This document shows, piece after piece, positions 39,168 through 48,363 of a stretch of 64,000 nt of DNA; positions within the stretch are counted from its first letter, which is position 1; each line of letters opens with the position of its first letter. The notes under the pieces were generated by a model. The model was not told the DNA's origin. It made no database searches and worked only from the letters and a program-made list of their open reading frames with translations. This stretch comes from Acidobacteriota bacterium (GTDB lineage: Bacteria; Acidobacteriota; Blastocatellia; RBC074): the NCBI GenBank assembly GCA_018269055.1, contig JAFDVI010000015.1, forward strand, positions 618 through 64,617, in the 5' to 3' direction. The position numbers and the translations under genes are program-made.

Positions 39168-40511
39168 ATGAAGATCAAATCCTCGATGGTTTTATGGCTG
39201 TGTTTGCTGATGACGTTGCCAGGTTGGGGGCAATCGCCGAACCGCCTGCCTACGATGCGAAAGCAGGCGGAAATTCAGCAGGGGTGGTTGAAACTTCGAC
39301 TGGAAAAAGTGCTGCCGGAGTTAATGCGGAAGCATGACATTGCCATGTGGTTGGTGATTTGCCGCGAATATAACGAAGACCCGGCATATCGTTCGCTGAC
39401 TTCGCCGACGGTGTTTGCCGCTCGCAGGCGCACGATACTGGTTTTTACGGATCGTGGCGAAAAGGGAATCGAACGATTGGCGCTCGGCGGTGGATCAAAT
39501 GGCGGTTTGTATCAGGTCTATCGCGACCCGGATGTCGAAAACCGCGAGCTGTGGGGAGAAAGCCAATGGGCGACGCTGCGCAAACTGATTGCCGAGCGCG
39601 ATCCGAAAAACATCGCCGTCAACATCTCCTCCACACATGCGTTTTCCGACGGGTTGTCAGCGGGCGAATACGAAAAGCTGCAACAGACGCTGGGCGCGGA
39701 GTACTCCAAACGATTGATTCGCGCTGAAAATTTGCCGCTGGAATACATCTCGATTCGGCTGCCGGAAATGCTGCCGACATACAAACAGATGATGGAAATC
39801 GTGCATTCGATCATTCGCCGCGCCTTTTCCAGCGAAGTCATCAAACCCGGCAAAACGACCAATCAAGACGTTGTCTGGTGGATGCGCCAACAAGTGAACA
39901 ATCTGGGGTTGGGTACTTGGTTTCAGACGACGGTGGATGTTCAGCGCAAAGGCTCCGGCATTCCCAGCAATCTGGCTGAAGACGCGCCGATTGTCATTCA
40001 GCGAGGCGACGTGCTGCATTGCGATTTCGGCATCACGGCAATGGGCTTGGCAACCGACACGCAGCACATGGCTTACGTGCTGCGCGCGGGAGAAACCGAC
40101 GCGCCCATCGGGATCAGGAAAGCGCTGGCGAATACGAACCGGATGCAGGACATTTTGATGGAAGCGATGAAACCCGGCCTTACGGGCAACGAAGTTCTTG
40201 CCAACGCGATTGCCACCATGAAAGCTGAAAAGATTAACGGCACCTTTTACACGCATCCTATCGGCGATCACGGCCACGGCGCTGGCCCGCTGATCGGGTT
40301 ATGGGATCATCAGGAAGGCGTTCCCGGTCGTGGCGACGTGAAGCTGATTCCAAGCACCTGGTTTTCCATCGAACTCGGTTCGCGAACGCCTGTGCCGGAA
40401 TGGGGCGGCGCGGAATTGTCCGTCGCCCAGGAAGAAGACGCCGTGCTCAACGCCGAAGGCAAAATGGAATGGGTGCTGCGACGCCAAACGAAATACCACC
40501 TGATCAAATAA
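39168..40511 (+). CDS. Secreted M24-family metallopeptidase (Xaa-Pro aminopeptidase or creatinase-like)
   Basis: An internal Met after a GGAG gives the signal peptide MKIKSSMVLWLCLLMTLPGWGQ. The M24 metal-binding signature is HPIGDHGHGAGPLIGLWD. Conserved D and E residues lie upstream. Confidence 0.7.
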   Translation: MKIKSSMVLWLCLLMTLPGWGQSPNRLPTMRKQAEIQQGWLKLRLEKVLPELMRKHDIAMWLVICREYNEDPAYRSLTSPTVFAARRRTILVFTDRGEKGIERLALGGGSNGGLYQVYRDPDVENRELWGESQWATLRKLIAERDPKNIAVNISSTHAFSDGLSAGEYEKLQQTLGAEYSKRLIRAENLPLEYISIRLPEMLPTYKQMMEIVHSIIRRAFSSEVIKPGKTTNQDVVWWMRQQVNNLGLGTWFQTTVDVQRKGSGIPSNLAEDAPIVIQRGDVLHCDFGITAMGLATDTQHMAYVLRAGETDAPIGIRKALANTNRMQDILMEAMKPGLTGNEVLANAIATMKAEKINGTFYTHPIGDHGHGAGPLIGLWDHQEGVPGRGDVKLIPSTWFSIELGSRTPVPEWGGAELSVAQEEDAVLNAEGKMEWVLRRQTKYHLIK

Positions 40512-42295
40512 TGAAACTTCGATTCTTCATTGTTGGCCTGTTTTTGGGATTGAGTTTTTTAGGCGGTGCAGCAAGCGCACAGGTGTCTCGCTTGGAACCG
40601 GCGCAGCCGCGTTGGGGACAAACCGTTGTGGTTGGATATGACTCGGCTGCCGCAGGCGCGAAGTTTTCGGCGGAAGAGGACATTTATGCTTGTGTCCGGC
40701 TGACGTTTCCCGATCACATTGAAAATTTCGCGGTGCGAATGGTAAGGGTTGGCAAACAGCATCGCGCTGAGTTTAAGTTGAAAGAAGGAGTCGCCGAAAT
40801 TGGCGTTCATTTCATCACGCTCGGTGGCGGGTGGGATGAATGGGCTTACACGACGGCTTCGGTTTATCGCGGCGATGGTCAATTGGTGCGCGGCGCATTG
40901 ATCGGCAAAATTTCCTCCAGCCGGTATCTGGAATTTTTCAAACAGGAAACTTCGCTTTACCCGGACGACTATTCGGCATATCGAGCGAAGTGGGAAACGG
41001 CGGCGTTGATTGATCCCAAAAAAGCCAATGGCGAAATCAACGCGGATATCAAACGGTTGAGCCGGTTGCCGGAAAGCGCCGAACTGCTGTATGCGCTTTC
41101 GTTCGGGTATTTGCTGATGGGCCGCGAAGCCGACAGCCGCGAAACGATTCAGCGGCTGGCAGTAAACTTTTCGACGTCGCCCTTTACCGGCTTAGCGATT
41201 CAAGATTACGAAGACCAGATTGCGAATTTTGCCGCATCCAATTCCGGCAAAGCGGAAATTGCGCGTTTGAAACTGGATGTGATTCGCGCAAATCCGGCCA
41301 GCGATTTTGCTCGCGCCAGTTTGCAGGCGTTGGCCGCCGATACCAAAGCGCCGCTGGAATTGATCGAAATGGTTGCCGACGCCTGGGCGAAAGCCGAGCC
41401 AAAAAATCCGCAGCCGTTTTTCCAGTTGGCATCGGCGTGTTTGAATCAGTACCGAAAATACGAACGCGTAGCGCCATTGTTGGAGCGCGCGATTGAGTTG
41501 CTGCTTGCCGGAGAGTTGCGGTTGCACGGCGACATCAATGGCAAGCAGTCCGAAATGATGTTGCCCGAAGCCTATCGAATGAGCGCCGATCTGGCGTTTC
41601 GCCAGCAGCAATTCGGTGATGCGCTGGTTGCCGTGGAAACCGCCAAGGCCTTTGAGCGGGAAAACCAGTTCGGTTCCTACTTGCTGCAAGCAAAAATACT
41701 GCAAGCCATCGGCAAAAACACAGTTGCTGAAGCGGCGTTTCTGGAAGCCTGGCGGCGCGGTTCACAGGAAGCAGAAGAACGGTTGAAGGTCATTTACAAA
41801 GGGCAGCGCGGCAACCTGGCCGGGTTTGACGATTACCTGTTGGCGGCAACCAAAGACAAAAAAACAACGGGCGGTTGGAAGCAATTGGCTCCGATGTTCA
41901 AACTGACGGCGCTGGACGGCAAACATTACGACTTGAGCGCGTTGGCGGGAAAAATCGTCGTCATCAATTTGTGGTTCATCGGATGCGGCCCTTGCCGAAA
42001 AGAAATTCCCAGGCTGAATGAACTGGTCAAAGAGTTCGGCGGACGGCCAGTCGTTTTTCTGGCGCCGTCATTCGACAGCACCGAACTGCTGCGCGATTTT
42101 TTGAAGAAAACTCCGTTCGATTATCAGATCGTGCCGAACGCCGAAGAGATCATCACCGCGCAATTCAACGCTTCGGCCTTTCCAACGCACATCGTCATTG
42201 ACCAAAACGGATTGGTCGAAGCCACACTGGTTGGCGCTTCCGAACGAAGGCCGGAAGAAGTTCGGCGACTGATTTTGCAACTGCTCAACAAGTGA
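40511..42295 (+). CDS. Secreted TPR-like plus TlpA/ResA-like thioredoxin-fold protein (thiol:disulfide oxidoreductase)
   Basis: Signal peptide MKLRFFIVGLFLGLSFLGGAASAQ. There is a helical-repeat middle region and a C-terminal redoxin motif WFIGCGPCRKEIP (CxxC). The start overlaps the upstream stop (TAATG). Confidence 0.7.
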   Translation: MKLRFFIVGLFLGLSFLGGAASAQVSRLEPAQPRWGQTVVVGYDSAAAGAKFSAEEDIYACVRLTFPDHIENFAVRMVRVGKQHRAEFKLKEGVAEIGVHFITLGGGWDEWAYTTASVYRGDGQLVRGALIGKISSSRYLEFFKQETSLYPDDYSAYRAKWETAALIDPKKANGEINADIKRLSRLPESAELLYALSFGYLLMGREADSRETIQRLAVNFSTSPFTGLAIQDYEDQIANFAASNSGKAEIARLKLDVIRANPASDFARASLQALAADTKAPLELIEMVADAWAKAEPKNPQPFFQLASACLNQYRKYERVAPLLERAIELLLAGELRLHGDINGKQSEMMLPEAYRMSADLAFRQQQFGDALVAVETAKAFERENQFGSYLLQAKILQAIGKNTVAEAAFLEAWRRGSQEAEERLKVIYKGQRGNLAGFDDYLLAATKDKKTTGGWKQLAPMFKLTALDGKHYDLSALAGKIVVINLWFIGCGPCRKEIPRLNELVKEFGGRPVVFLAPSFDSTELLRDFLKKTPFDYQIVPNAEEIITAQFNASAFPTHIVIDQNGLVEATLVGASERRPEEVRRLILQLLNK

Positions 42296-42306
42296 TAAGG
42301 AAAATT

Positions 42307-43809
42307 ATGAATCTGAAGCTTCGTCATTTGCTATCGGTATTTTTTCTGTCGTGTGGGATGGCGATTGCCGCGGCAGCTCAGAAGTGGGATACGCCGGGAA
42401 TTGATTCCGCGATGAACGAAGCCATGAAGTTCTGGCAAACGCCCGGCGCAGCCATCGTCGTCGTCAAAGGCGATCAGATCATCTTTATCAAAGGCTATGG
42501 CGTGCGCGATCTGAAAACCAAAGAGTCGGTCACGCCCGACACGGTGTTTGCCATCGGTTCGACGACCAAGGCGTTCACCACCGCCGCAATGGCGATGCTG
42601 GTGGATGAAGGCAAAATGAGTTGGGACGATCCGGTCAGAAAACATGTGCCGTACTTTCGGTTGAGCGATCCGTTGGCCAATGAAAACGTCACGATGCGCG
42701 ACATTGTCACACATCGCACGGGGCTGATTCGTCACGATTTGCTGTGGTACGGCTCGCCGTGGAGCAGGGATGAAATCGTTCGTCGCATTGGCTTTGTTCC
42801 GTTGACTTACGGGTTCCGCACGACGTTTCAATATCAGAACATCATGTTTTTGACCGCCGGGTTGGCCGTCGGCAACGCATCGAGTTTAAGCTGGGAAGAG
42901 TTTATTCAGCGCCGAATCTTCGATCCGCTGGGAATGAAATCGGCCAGCCTGAGCACTTCCATCGCTGAAAAGTCACCGGATCACGCGACGCCGCATCTGA
43001 AGCGCGGCGCGACGATTGAACCCATGCCGTGGCGAAACATTGACAACGTCGCTCCGGCGGGTTCAATCAATGCCAGCGTCCGCGATTTATCGAACTGGCT
43101 TCAATTGCAACTGAACGAAGGTGTGGTTGACGGTAAACGGCTGATTTCCTCCGCAAACGTCCGAGAAATGCACACGCCGCAGATGGTCATCCGCAACGAA
43201 GGCCGCTGGCAATTATTCTTTCCTCCGTCCGAAACCTCGCAACTGAGTTACGGGCTTGGATGGTTCATCAATGATTACCGAGGCCGAAAACTGGTGATGC
43301 ACGGCGGAACGATTGACGGATTCCGCGCCAGCATCGTGCTCGTACCCAGTTCAAAGCTCGGCGTCGCCGTGCTGACAAATCTGAACGGCACACAGATGCC
43401 CGAAGCGGTTTGTTACAGCGTCGTGGATTTGCTGGAAGCGCTGCCGAAAAGGGACTGGAACGGGTACATCTCGGAACAGGCAAAACAACTCGAGGCCGAA
43501 GCCACCCAGGCTTTCCTAACTCGATTGGGAGCCAGAAAGAAAGACACCAAACCTTCGCGCGAGCTTGCGGCTTATGCGGGGACGTATGAAGATGCGGCGT
43601 ACGGAAAAGCCGACATCTCTCTGCTTGACGGCGGGTTGGTTTTGAATTGGAGCAGTTTCAACGCCAAACTTCAGCATTTCCATTTCGACACATTTTCGAT
43701 TCTGGAACCGCGTCTGGCCACAGAGCAGGTGCAATTCCAGCTTGGCGCGGATGGCGAAGTAAGCGGGCTGAATTTTCAGGGAATTCGATTTCAGAAAAAA
43801 TCTAAATGA
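42307..43809 (+). CDS. Beta-lactamase-family serine hydrolase (class C or esterase-like) with a C-terminal beta-domain
   Basis: An AAGGA RBS precedes the start. Signal peptide MNLKLRHLLSVFFLSCGMAIAAAAQ. SxxK is present as IGSTTKAF. The YxN motif is YQN. Confidence 0.75.
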   Translation: MNLKLRHLLSVFFLSCGMAIAAAAQKWDTPGIDSAMNEAMKFWQTPGAAIVVVKGDQIIFIKGYGVRDLKTKESVTPDTVFAIGSTTKAFTTAAMAMLVDEGKMSWDDPVRKHVPYFRLSDPLANENVTMRDIVTHRTGLIRHDLLWYGSPWSRDEIVRRIGFVPLTYGFRTTFQYQNIMFLTAGLAVGNASSLSWEEFIQRRIFDPLGMKSASLSTSIAEKSPDHATPHLKRGATIEPMPWRNIDNVAPAGSINASVRDLSNWLQLQLNEGVVDGKRLISSANVREMHTPQMVIRNEGRWQLFFPPSETSQLSYGLGWFINDYRGRKLVMHGGTIDGFRASIVLVPSSKLGVAVLTNLNGTQMPEAVCYSVVDLLEALPKRDWNGYISEQAKQLEAEATQAFLTRLGARKKDTKPSRELAAYAGTYEDAAYGKADISLLDGGLVLNWSSFNAKLQHFHFDTFSILEPRLATEQVQFQLGADGEVSGLNFQGIRFQKKSK

Positions 43810-43832
43810 AGTACCCAACAGGAGGACGTGCG

Positions 43833-44468
43833 ATGAGAGCATTTAAGCAATTGACACGATTACTGATCGTGTTTGGCATTTGCGTTTTCTGCAACGCCGT
43901 TTTGGCGGCTGATGAAGGAAAAGTCTCGACCGAAGAAAGGGCGAAAGTGATCAAACTGTTGAAAGATTCTCAAGCCGAAACGCTGGCCGCGCTGGAAAAA
44001 CTCAGCGACGAACAATTGAAGTTCAAACCTGCGCCGGAGCGTTGGTCGGTTATCGAAGTCGCCGAACACATTTTGCTGGCCGAAGGATTGTTGTTCGGAG
44101 CGGTGCAACGAGCCATTGCCACGGCTCCGAATCCCGACTGGGAAGCCAAGACCAAGGGCAAAACGGAATTTCTGGAAGACGTTCTGGCAGGTCGCAAAGG
44201 CAAAGCGCAAGCGCCGGAAAGCATCGTTCCTTCCGGCAAGTTGACGCGCCAGGAATTGATCACCAAATTCAGGGAAGCGCGCGCCAAAACCATGAAGTTT
44301 ACGGAAGAAACGCAAGTGCCACTCAAAGCGCACACGATGGATCATCCCTTTCCGGTTTTCGGCACTTTGAATGCGTATCAGTGGTTGATTTACATTCCGC
44401 TGCACAACATCCGCCACAACAAACAAATCGCCGAAGTGATGGCCGATCCGAATTTTCCGAAGAAATAA
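43833..44468 (+). CDS. Secreted DinB/YfiT-like (DinB_2) family protein
   Basis: An internal Met after GGAGGA gives the signal peptide MRAFKQLTRLLIVFGICVFCNAVLA. A His triad is spread across ...VAEHILLAE...LHNIRHN. Confidence 0.55.
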   Translation: MRAFKQLTRLLIVFGICVFCNAVLAADEGKVSTEERAKVIKLLKDSQAETLAALEKLSDEQLKFKPAPERWSVIEVAEHILLAEGLLFGAVQRAIATAPNPDWEAKTKGKTEFLEDVLAGRKGKAQAPESIVPSGKLTRQELITKFREARAKTMKFTEETQVPLKAHTMDHPFPVFGTLNAYQWLIYIPLHNIRHNKQIAEVMADPNFPKK

Positions 44469-44474
44469 AAGTAA

Positions 44475-44541
44475 GGTTCAGAGTTCACGCTTCAGCGTGT
44501 TTTGGTTTTGGTGAACTCACGCTGAAGCGTGAACTCTGAAC
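44475..44541. terminator. Long perfect palindrome (24-bp arms) with a nested hairpin and T-tract, acting as an intergenic terminator-like element
   Basis: gttcagagttcacgcttcagcgtg ... cacgctgaagcgtgaactctgaac are exact reverse complements. The inner cacgcttcagcgtg is itself a hairpin and is followed by ttttggttttgg. Confidence 0.6.
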
Positions 44542-44558
44542 TTATTTGAGGAGAGCCA

Positions 44559-45113
44559 ATGTCTTTTACGCGAATGGATCAAAGCACCGCTGCCGATTGG
44601 ATGATAATCGGCGGAGAAGTCGCCAAACGACAGGCGCAGATGTCCGTAGTAATCAAAGCAATGTTGAAACAGTTGGAAGATCAGGTAGACGGGTTTTCGA
44701 TGAACCAGCTTCAGCATGCATTGCAGACGGCGACGCGCGCGGTTCGCGATGGCGCTTCGGAGGAAATGATTGTTGCCGCGCTTTGCCATGACATCGGCAA
44801 AGTCATTTCAGTCATCAATCATCCGGCCATCGCCGCGGAGATTTTGAAGCCGTATGTGTCGAACGAAACTTATGAAATCGTCCGCACACATCAGGACTTT
44901 CAAGGCAAACACTATTACCAGCATTTCGGGATGGATACGAATTTACGGCAACAGCACGAATCTCAGCCGTGGTACCCGCTCGCCAAAAAATTCACCGACG
45001 AATGGGATCAAGCCGCGTTCGATCCGAATTACGAAACGCTGCCGCTGGAATATTTCGAGCCGATGATTGATCGGGTGTTTTCAAAAGAACTGGTCAGAGT
45101 TGCGGGGAAGTAG
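44559..45113 (+). CDS. HD-domain phosphohydrolase
   Basis: H...HD motif (LQHALQTA ... ALCHDIGK), with additional His/Asp ligands downstream. An AGGAGAG RBS precedes the start. Confidence 0.7.
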   Translation: MSFTRMDQSTAADWMIIGGEVAKRQAQMSVVIKAMLKQLEDQVDGFSMNQLQHALQTATRAVRDGASEEMIVAALCHDIGKVISVINHPAIAAEILKPYVSNETYEIVRTHQDFQGKHYYQHFGMDTNLRQQHESQPWYPLAKKFTDEWDQAAFDPNYETLPLEYFEPMIDRVFSKELVRVAGK

Positions 45114-45126
45114 CAATAGCAAACAA

Positions 45127-45160
45127 TAACAGGTGCGAAGAAACCTCTTCGCACCTGTTA
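45127..45160. terminator. Intergenic hairpin between the convergent HD and emrB genes
   Basis: A perfect 14-bp stem, aacaggtgcgaaga / tcttcgcacctgtt, with a 4-nt loop. Confidence 0.5.
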
Positions 45161-45263
45161 TTGCGCCCTTTCAGGGCTTTTGGTGTTTATATTGCCTTTC
45201 CCAGTGCGATGCACTGGGCTGCCATATTTTGCCCCGTTGGGGCTGAACAGATGCTGGAATTTA

Positions 45264-46856
45264 TCAATGCGCGGCAATCGCGCCGCCTGACTTGGCTTTT
45301 TTCAGCAGCAACACCAGCGGCAAACAGAACAAACATCCCAGCGCCATCCAGCGGAATGTGTCCACGTACGCCAGCAAACTTGCCTGTTTCACCAGCATTC
45401 CGTTGAACGCGGCATAGGCTTGCGGCAAGGACAAACCGTGCTGCATCGCCTGCAGTTTCTGTTGGAAGACGGAGTTGTACTGCGTGAAGTTCGCCGCCAA
45501 CGTTGTTTGGTGGGCTTGCGTGTTGCGCGAAACGGCGGTCGTCACCAGCGAAATGCCTACGCCCGCGCCGATGTTGCGCACCAGGCTGAAAATGCCCGTC
45601 GCATTGCCAATCTCTTCATTTTTCAATGTGCCCATCGCCGTCGTCGTCAGCGGCACGAAGATCAAGCCCATCGCAATTCCCTGAATCACATTCGGATAAA
45701 CAAAGTGCATTCCGGTGACATCCAGCGTCAGATTGCCCAACAGGAAGCAGGTGATCGCCGTCATCGCGAATCCTGTGGCAATCAACGCGCGGCTGTCCAC
45801 GCGACTGATCAGCAACCCAACCAGCGGCATTCCGACCATTGCACCCAATCCACGCGGACTGAGCGCCATGCCGCTGTTCATCGCCGGATAGCCCAGCAAG
45901 CCTTGCAAAAATTGCGGCAAAATCGCCATTGGCGCATAGGCGATGATTCCCATGGCGGTGATCAGCATCGTGCCCAGCGCAAAGTTGCGATTGTGCAAAA
46001 TGCGCAGGTTGACGATGGGGTCTTTGGCGCGGAGTTCCCAAATCACGAAAGCGACAAGCGCCGCAATTGCAATCACTGATGCCCAGCGAATCCAGGCGGC
46101 TTCAAACCAATCATCCTGCTGTCCTTTGTCCAGGACGATTTGCAGCGTCGCCAACCCCAGCGCCATCAACCCAAAACCGATGGCGTCAATACGACCAGGT
46201 TTGGCATTTTTGATGTACGGCGGATCTTCCAGAAAGCGGCTCATCATCATCAGGGCGATGATCCCAATCGGAACATTGATGTAAAACACCCAGCGCCACG
46301 AATAATTATCCGTGATCCAACCGCCCAGCGTAGGCCCTATGACTGGCGCAACCACCACGCCCAAGCCATAAATCGCCATTGCCATGCCGCGTTTTTTCGG
46401 CGGAAAGGATTCCAGCATGACTGCGTTGGCGATGGGTTGCAGCGCGCCGCCGCCTACGCCTTGCAGCACGCGCGCGAAAATCAAAATCGGCAAACTGGTG
46501 GCAATGCCGCACAGGAATGAAGACAGCGTGAAGATGACCACGCAGGTCATCAAAAAGCGTTTGCGTCCGAAAAATTTAGAAAACCAGGCGCTCGCCGGCA
46601 GCACGATGGCGTTGGAAACCAGATAGCTGGTCAGCACCCAGGTCGCTTCGTCTTCGCCCGCGGCCAGATTGCCCGCAATGTGCCGCAGCGAAACGTTGAC
46701 GATGGTCGTGTCCAACACTTCCATAAACGTCGCCAACATCACGGCCACCGCGATCAACCACGGATTGAAGCTCGGCTTCCACGGCTCCGGCGTTACGACA
46801 GGAGCGGGAACCGTTGCCTCACTCGTATATTCTGTCATTGTTGCATCTGCGCTCAT
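45264..46856 (-). CDS. emrB: MFS multidrug efflux transporter, DHA2 (EmrB/QacA) family, 14 TMS
   Basis: The DHA2 N-terminus is WLIAVAVMLATFMEVLDTTIVNVSL, with motif A G..RKR.L. The protein is 530 aa. A GGAGGG RBS precedes the start. Confidence 0.85.
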   Translation of the reverse strand: MSADATMTEYTSEATVPAPVVTPEPWKPSFNPWLIAVAVMLATFMEVLDTTIVNVSLRHIAGNLAAGEDEATWVLTSYLVSNAIVLPASAWFSKFFGRKRFLMTCVVIFTLSSFLCGIATSLPILIFARVLQGVGGGALQPIANAVMLESFPPKKRGMAMAIYGLGVVVAPVIGPTLGGWITDNYSWRWVFYINVPIGIIALMMMSRFLEDPPYIKNAKPGRIDAIGFGLMALGLATLQIVLDKGQQDDWFEAAWIRWASVIAIAALVAFVIWELRAKDPIVNLRILHNRNFALGTMLITAMGIIAYAPMAILPQFLQGLLGYPAMNSGMALSPRGLGAMVGMPLVGLLISRVDSRALIATGFAMTAITCFLLGNLTLDVTGMHFVYPNVIQGIAMGLIFVPLTTTAMGTLKNEEIGNATGIFSLVRNIGAGVGISLVTTAVSRNTQAHQTTLAANFTQYNSVFQQKLQAMQHGLSLPQAYAAFNGMLVKQASLLAYVDTFRWMALGCLFCLPLVLLLKKAKSGGAIAAH

Positions 46857-46879
46857 CGGTCCCTCCGTTGCCCGCGTGT

Positions 46880-48286
46880 TTATTTCACTTTGACTTCCGG
46901 TTCGACGGACATTCCAGGGCCCAGCGGAAAGGTTTTGTCCACGGGGTCGGTGAAGACGATTTTGACCGGGACGCGCTGCACAACTTTGACGTAATTGCCA
47001 GTGGCATTTTCCGGCGGCATCAAACTGAACGCCGCGCCGCTGCCGGCCTGGATGCTTTGCACTTTGCCCGCGAAGACTTTGCCCGGATAGGCATCCACTT
47101 TGATTTCGACCGGTTGGCCGGGACGCATCAGCGTCAGTTGCGTCTCTTTGAAATTGGCAATGACGTACAGCTCATCCGGCACAAGCGCCAGCAACGGTTG
47201 GCCAGGCGCGAGCAGCGTGCCTTCGGCAAAGCCTTTTTTGGTGACGGTGCCTGCTTCCGGCGCATAAATTTTGGTGTGCGATAAGTCCAGTTCGGCTTGT
47301 GCGACGGCGGCTTCGGCCTCGGCAATGTCCGCGCTGGCGGTGTCCACCTGCGCGCGACTGACGGCAATTTGTTGCGGCGCGGAATTGGCTTCGGCCAATT
47401 TGCCAGCGGCTTCGCCGACCATCGCCTGGCTTTCACCGACTTGGGATTGCGCTTGGCGCAAGGTTTCCTGCGCGGCGCGCTCCGAAGCCTGCAATTCCGC
47501 AACCAGCGATTGTGCGCTAGTAACGGCGGCTCTGGCGGCTTCGACCTTCGCGGCGGAACTTCTGGCCGCAGCCTGCGCGGTGTCGAACTGCTGGCGCGAA
47601 ACTTCGTCTTTGGTAAACAGTTGTTGATAGCGTTGCGCGTCTGCATGGGCGCGCACGGCTTCGGCTTCGGCGGACGTGAGTTGTGCCCTGGCCTGTGCGA
47701 CGTTGCTGATTTGCGTTGTCACCTGCGCTTGCGCTTTGGCGACCTGATTGCTGTAAGCATTCAACTGCGCTTCGCGCGATTGCACGTTGGAGCGCGCCTG
47801 ATTCAACCCAGCGGCGGCCTGTTGCACGCTGGCCGACGTGGTTGCGCGCGTCAATGCGACATTCATTTGCGCGGTTTTTTGCCGAGCCTGTGCGGCCTGC
47901 AACTGCGCTTTGGCTTGGGCCAGCCGATTTTCGTAATCGCGCGAATCAATTTCCAGCAACAGGTCGCCTTTGTTTACGTGCTGGTTGTCTTTGACTGCCA
48001 CGCTGGTCACGTATCCGCCGACTTTCGGACTGAGCTGAACAACGGAACCTTCGATGAAGGCGTTGTCGGTTGTTTCATACGCGCGCCCGTGCAGGTAATA
48101 CCGAAGCCCGACGGTCAGCAGTACCAGTGCGATGATTGCCAGCGCAACTTTGACGATCGAGCGTTTGAACAATGGCGTTTTCTGTTCCGTGATTTCGGGT
48201 TCCTTCATGGCTGGTTTCGGTTCGTCTGATTTCGTTTCGCGTTTCACGACGGATGGTAATTTCAGTGATTCAATAGTTGCAGACAT
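46880..48286 (-). CDS. emrA: HlyD/EmrA-family membrane fusion protein with an extended Ala/Gln-rich coiled coil
   Basis: A single N-terminal TM (VALAIIALVLLTVGL) is followed by the biotinyl-lipoyl-like VKDNQHVNKGDLLLEID. A very long AQ-rich helical hairpin and a C-terminal beta-barrel domain follow. The start is the internal MSATI after GAAGGAGGG. Confidence 0.85.
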   Translation of the reverse strand: MSATIESLKLPSVVKRETKSDEPKPAMKEPEITEQKTPLFKRSIVKVALAIIALVLLTVGLRYYLHGRAYETTDNAFIEGSVVQLSPKVGGYVTSVAVKDNQHVNKGDLLLEIDSRDYENRLAQAKAQLQAAQARQKTAQMNVALTRATTSASVQQAAAGLNQARSNVQSREAQLNAYSNQVAKAQAQVTTQISNVAQARAQLTSAEAEAVRAHADAQRYQQLFTKDEVSRQQFDTAQAAARSSAAKVEAARAAVTSAQSLVAELQASERAAQETLRQAQSQVGESQAMVGEAAGKLAEANSAPQQIAVSRAQVDTASADIAEAEAAVAQAELDLSHTKIYAPEAGTVTKKGFAEGTLLAPGQPLLALVPDELYVIANFKETQLTLMRPGQPVEIKVDAYPGKVFAGKVQSIQAGSGAAFSLMPPENATGNYVKVVQRVPVKIVFTDPVDKTFPLGPGMSVEPEVKVK

Positions 48287-48363
48287 TGTTCCCTCCTTCA
48301 AAATCCCAATCTAAAGTGTGCGATTCGCCCTTACTGCGTGCGGGCTTCCGCAGCGTCCCGTTC

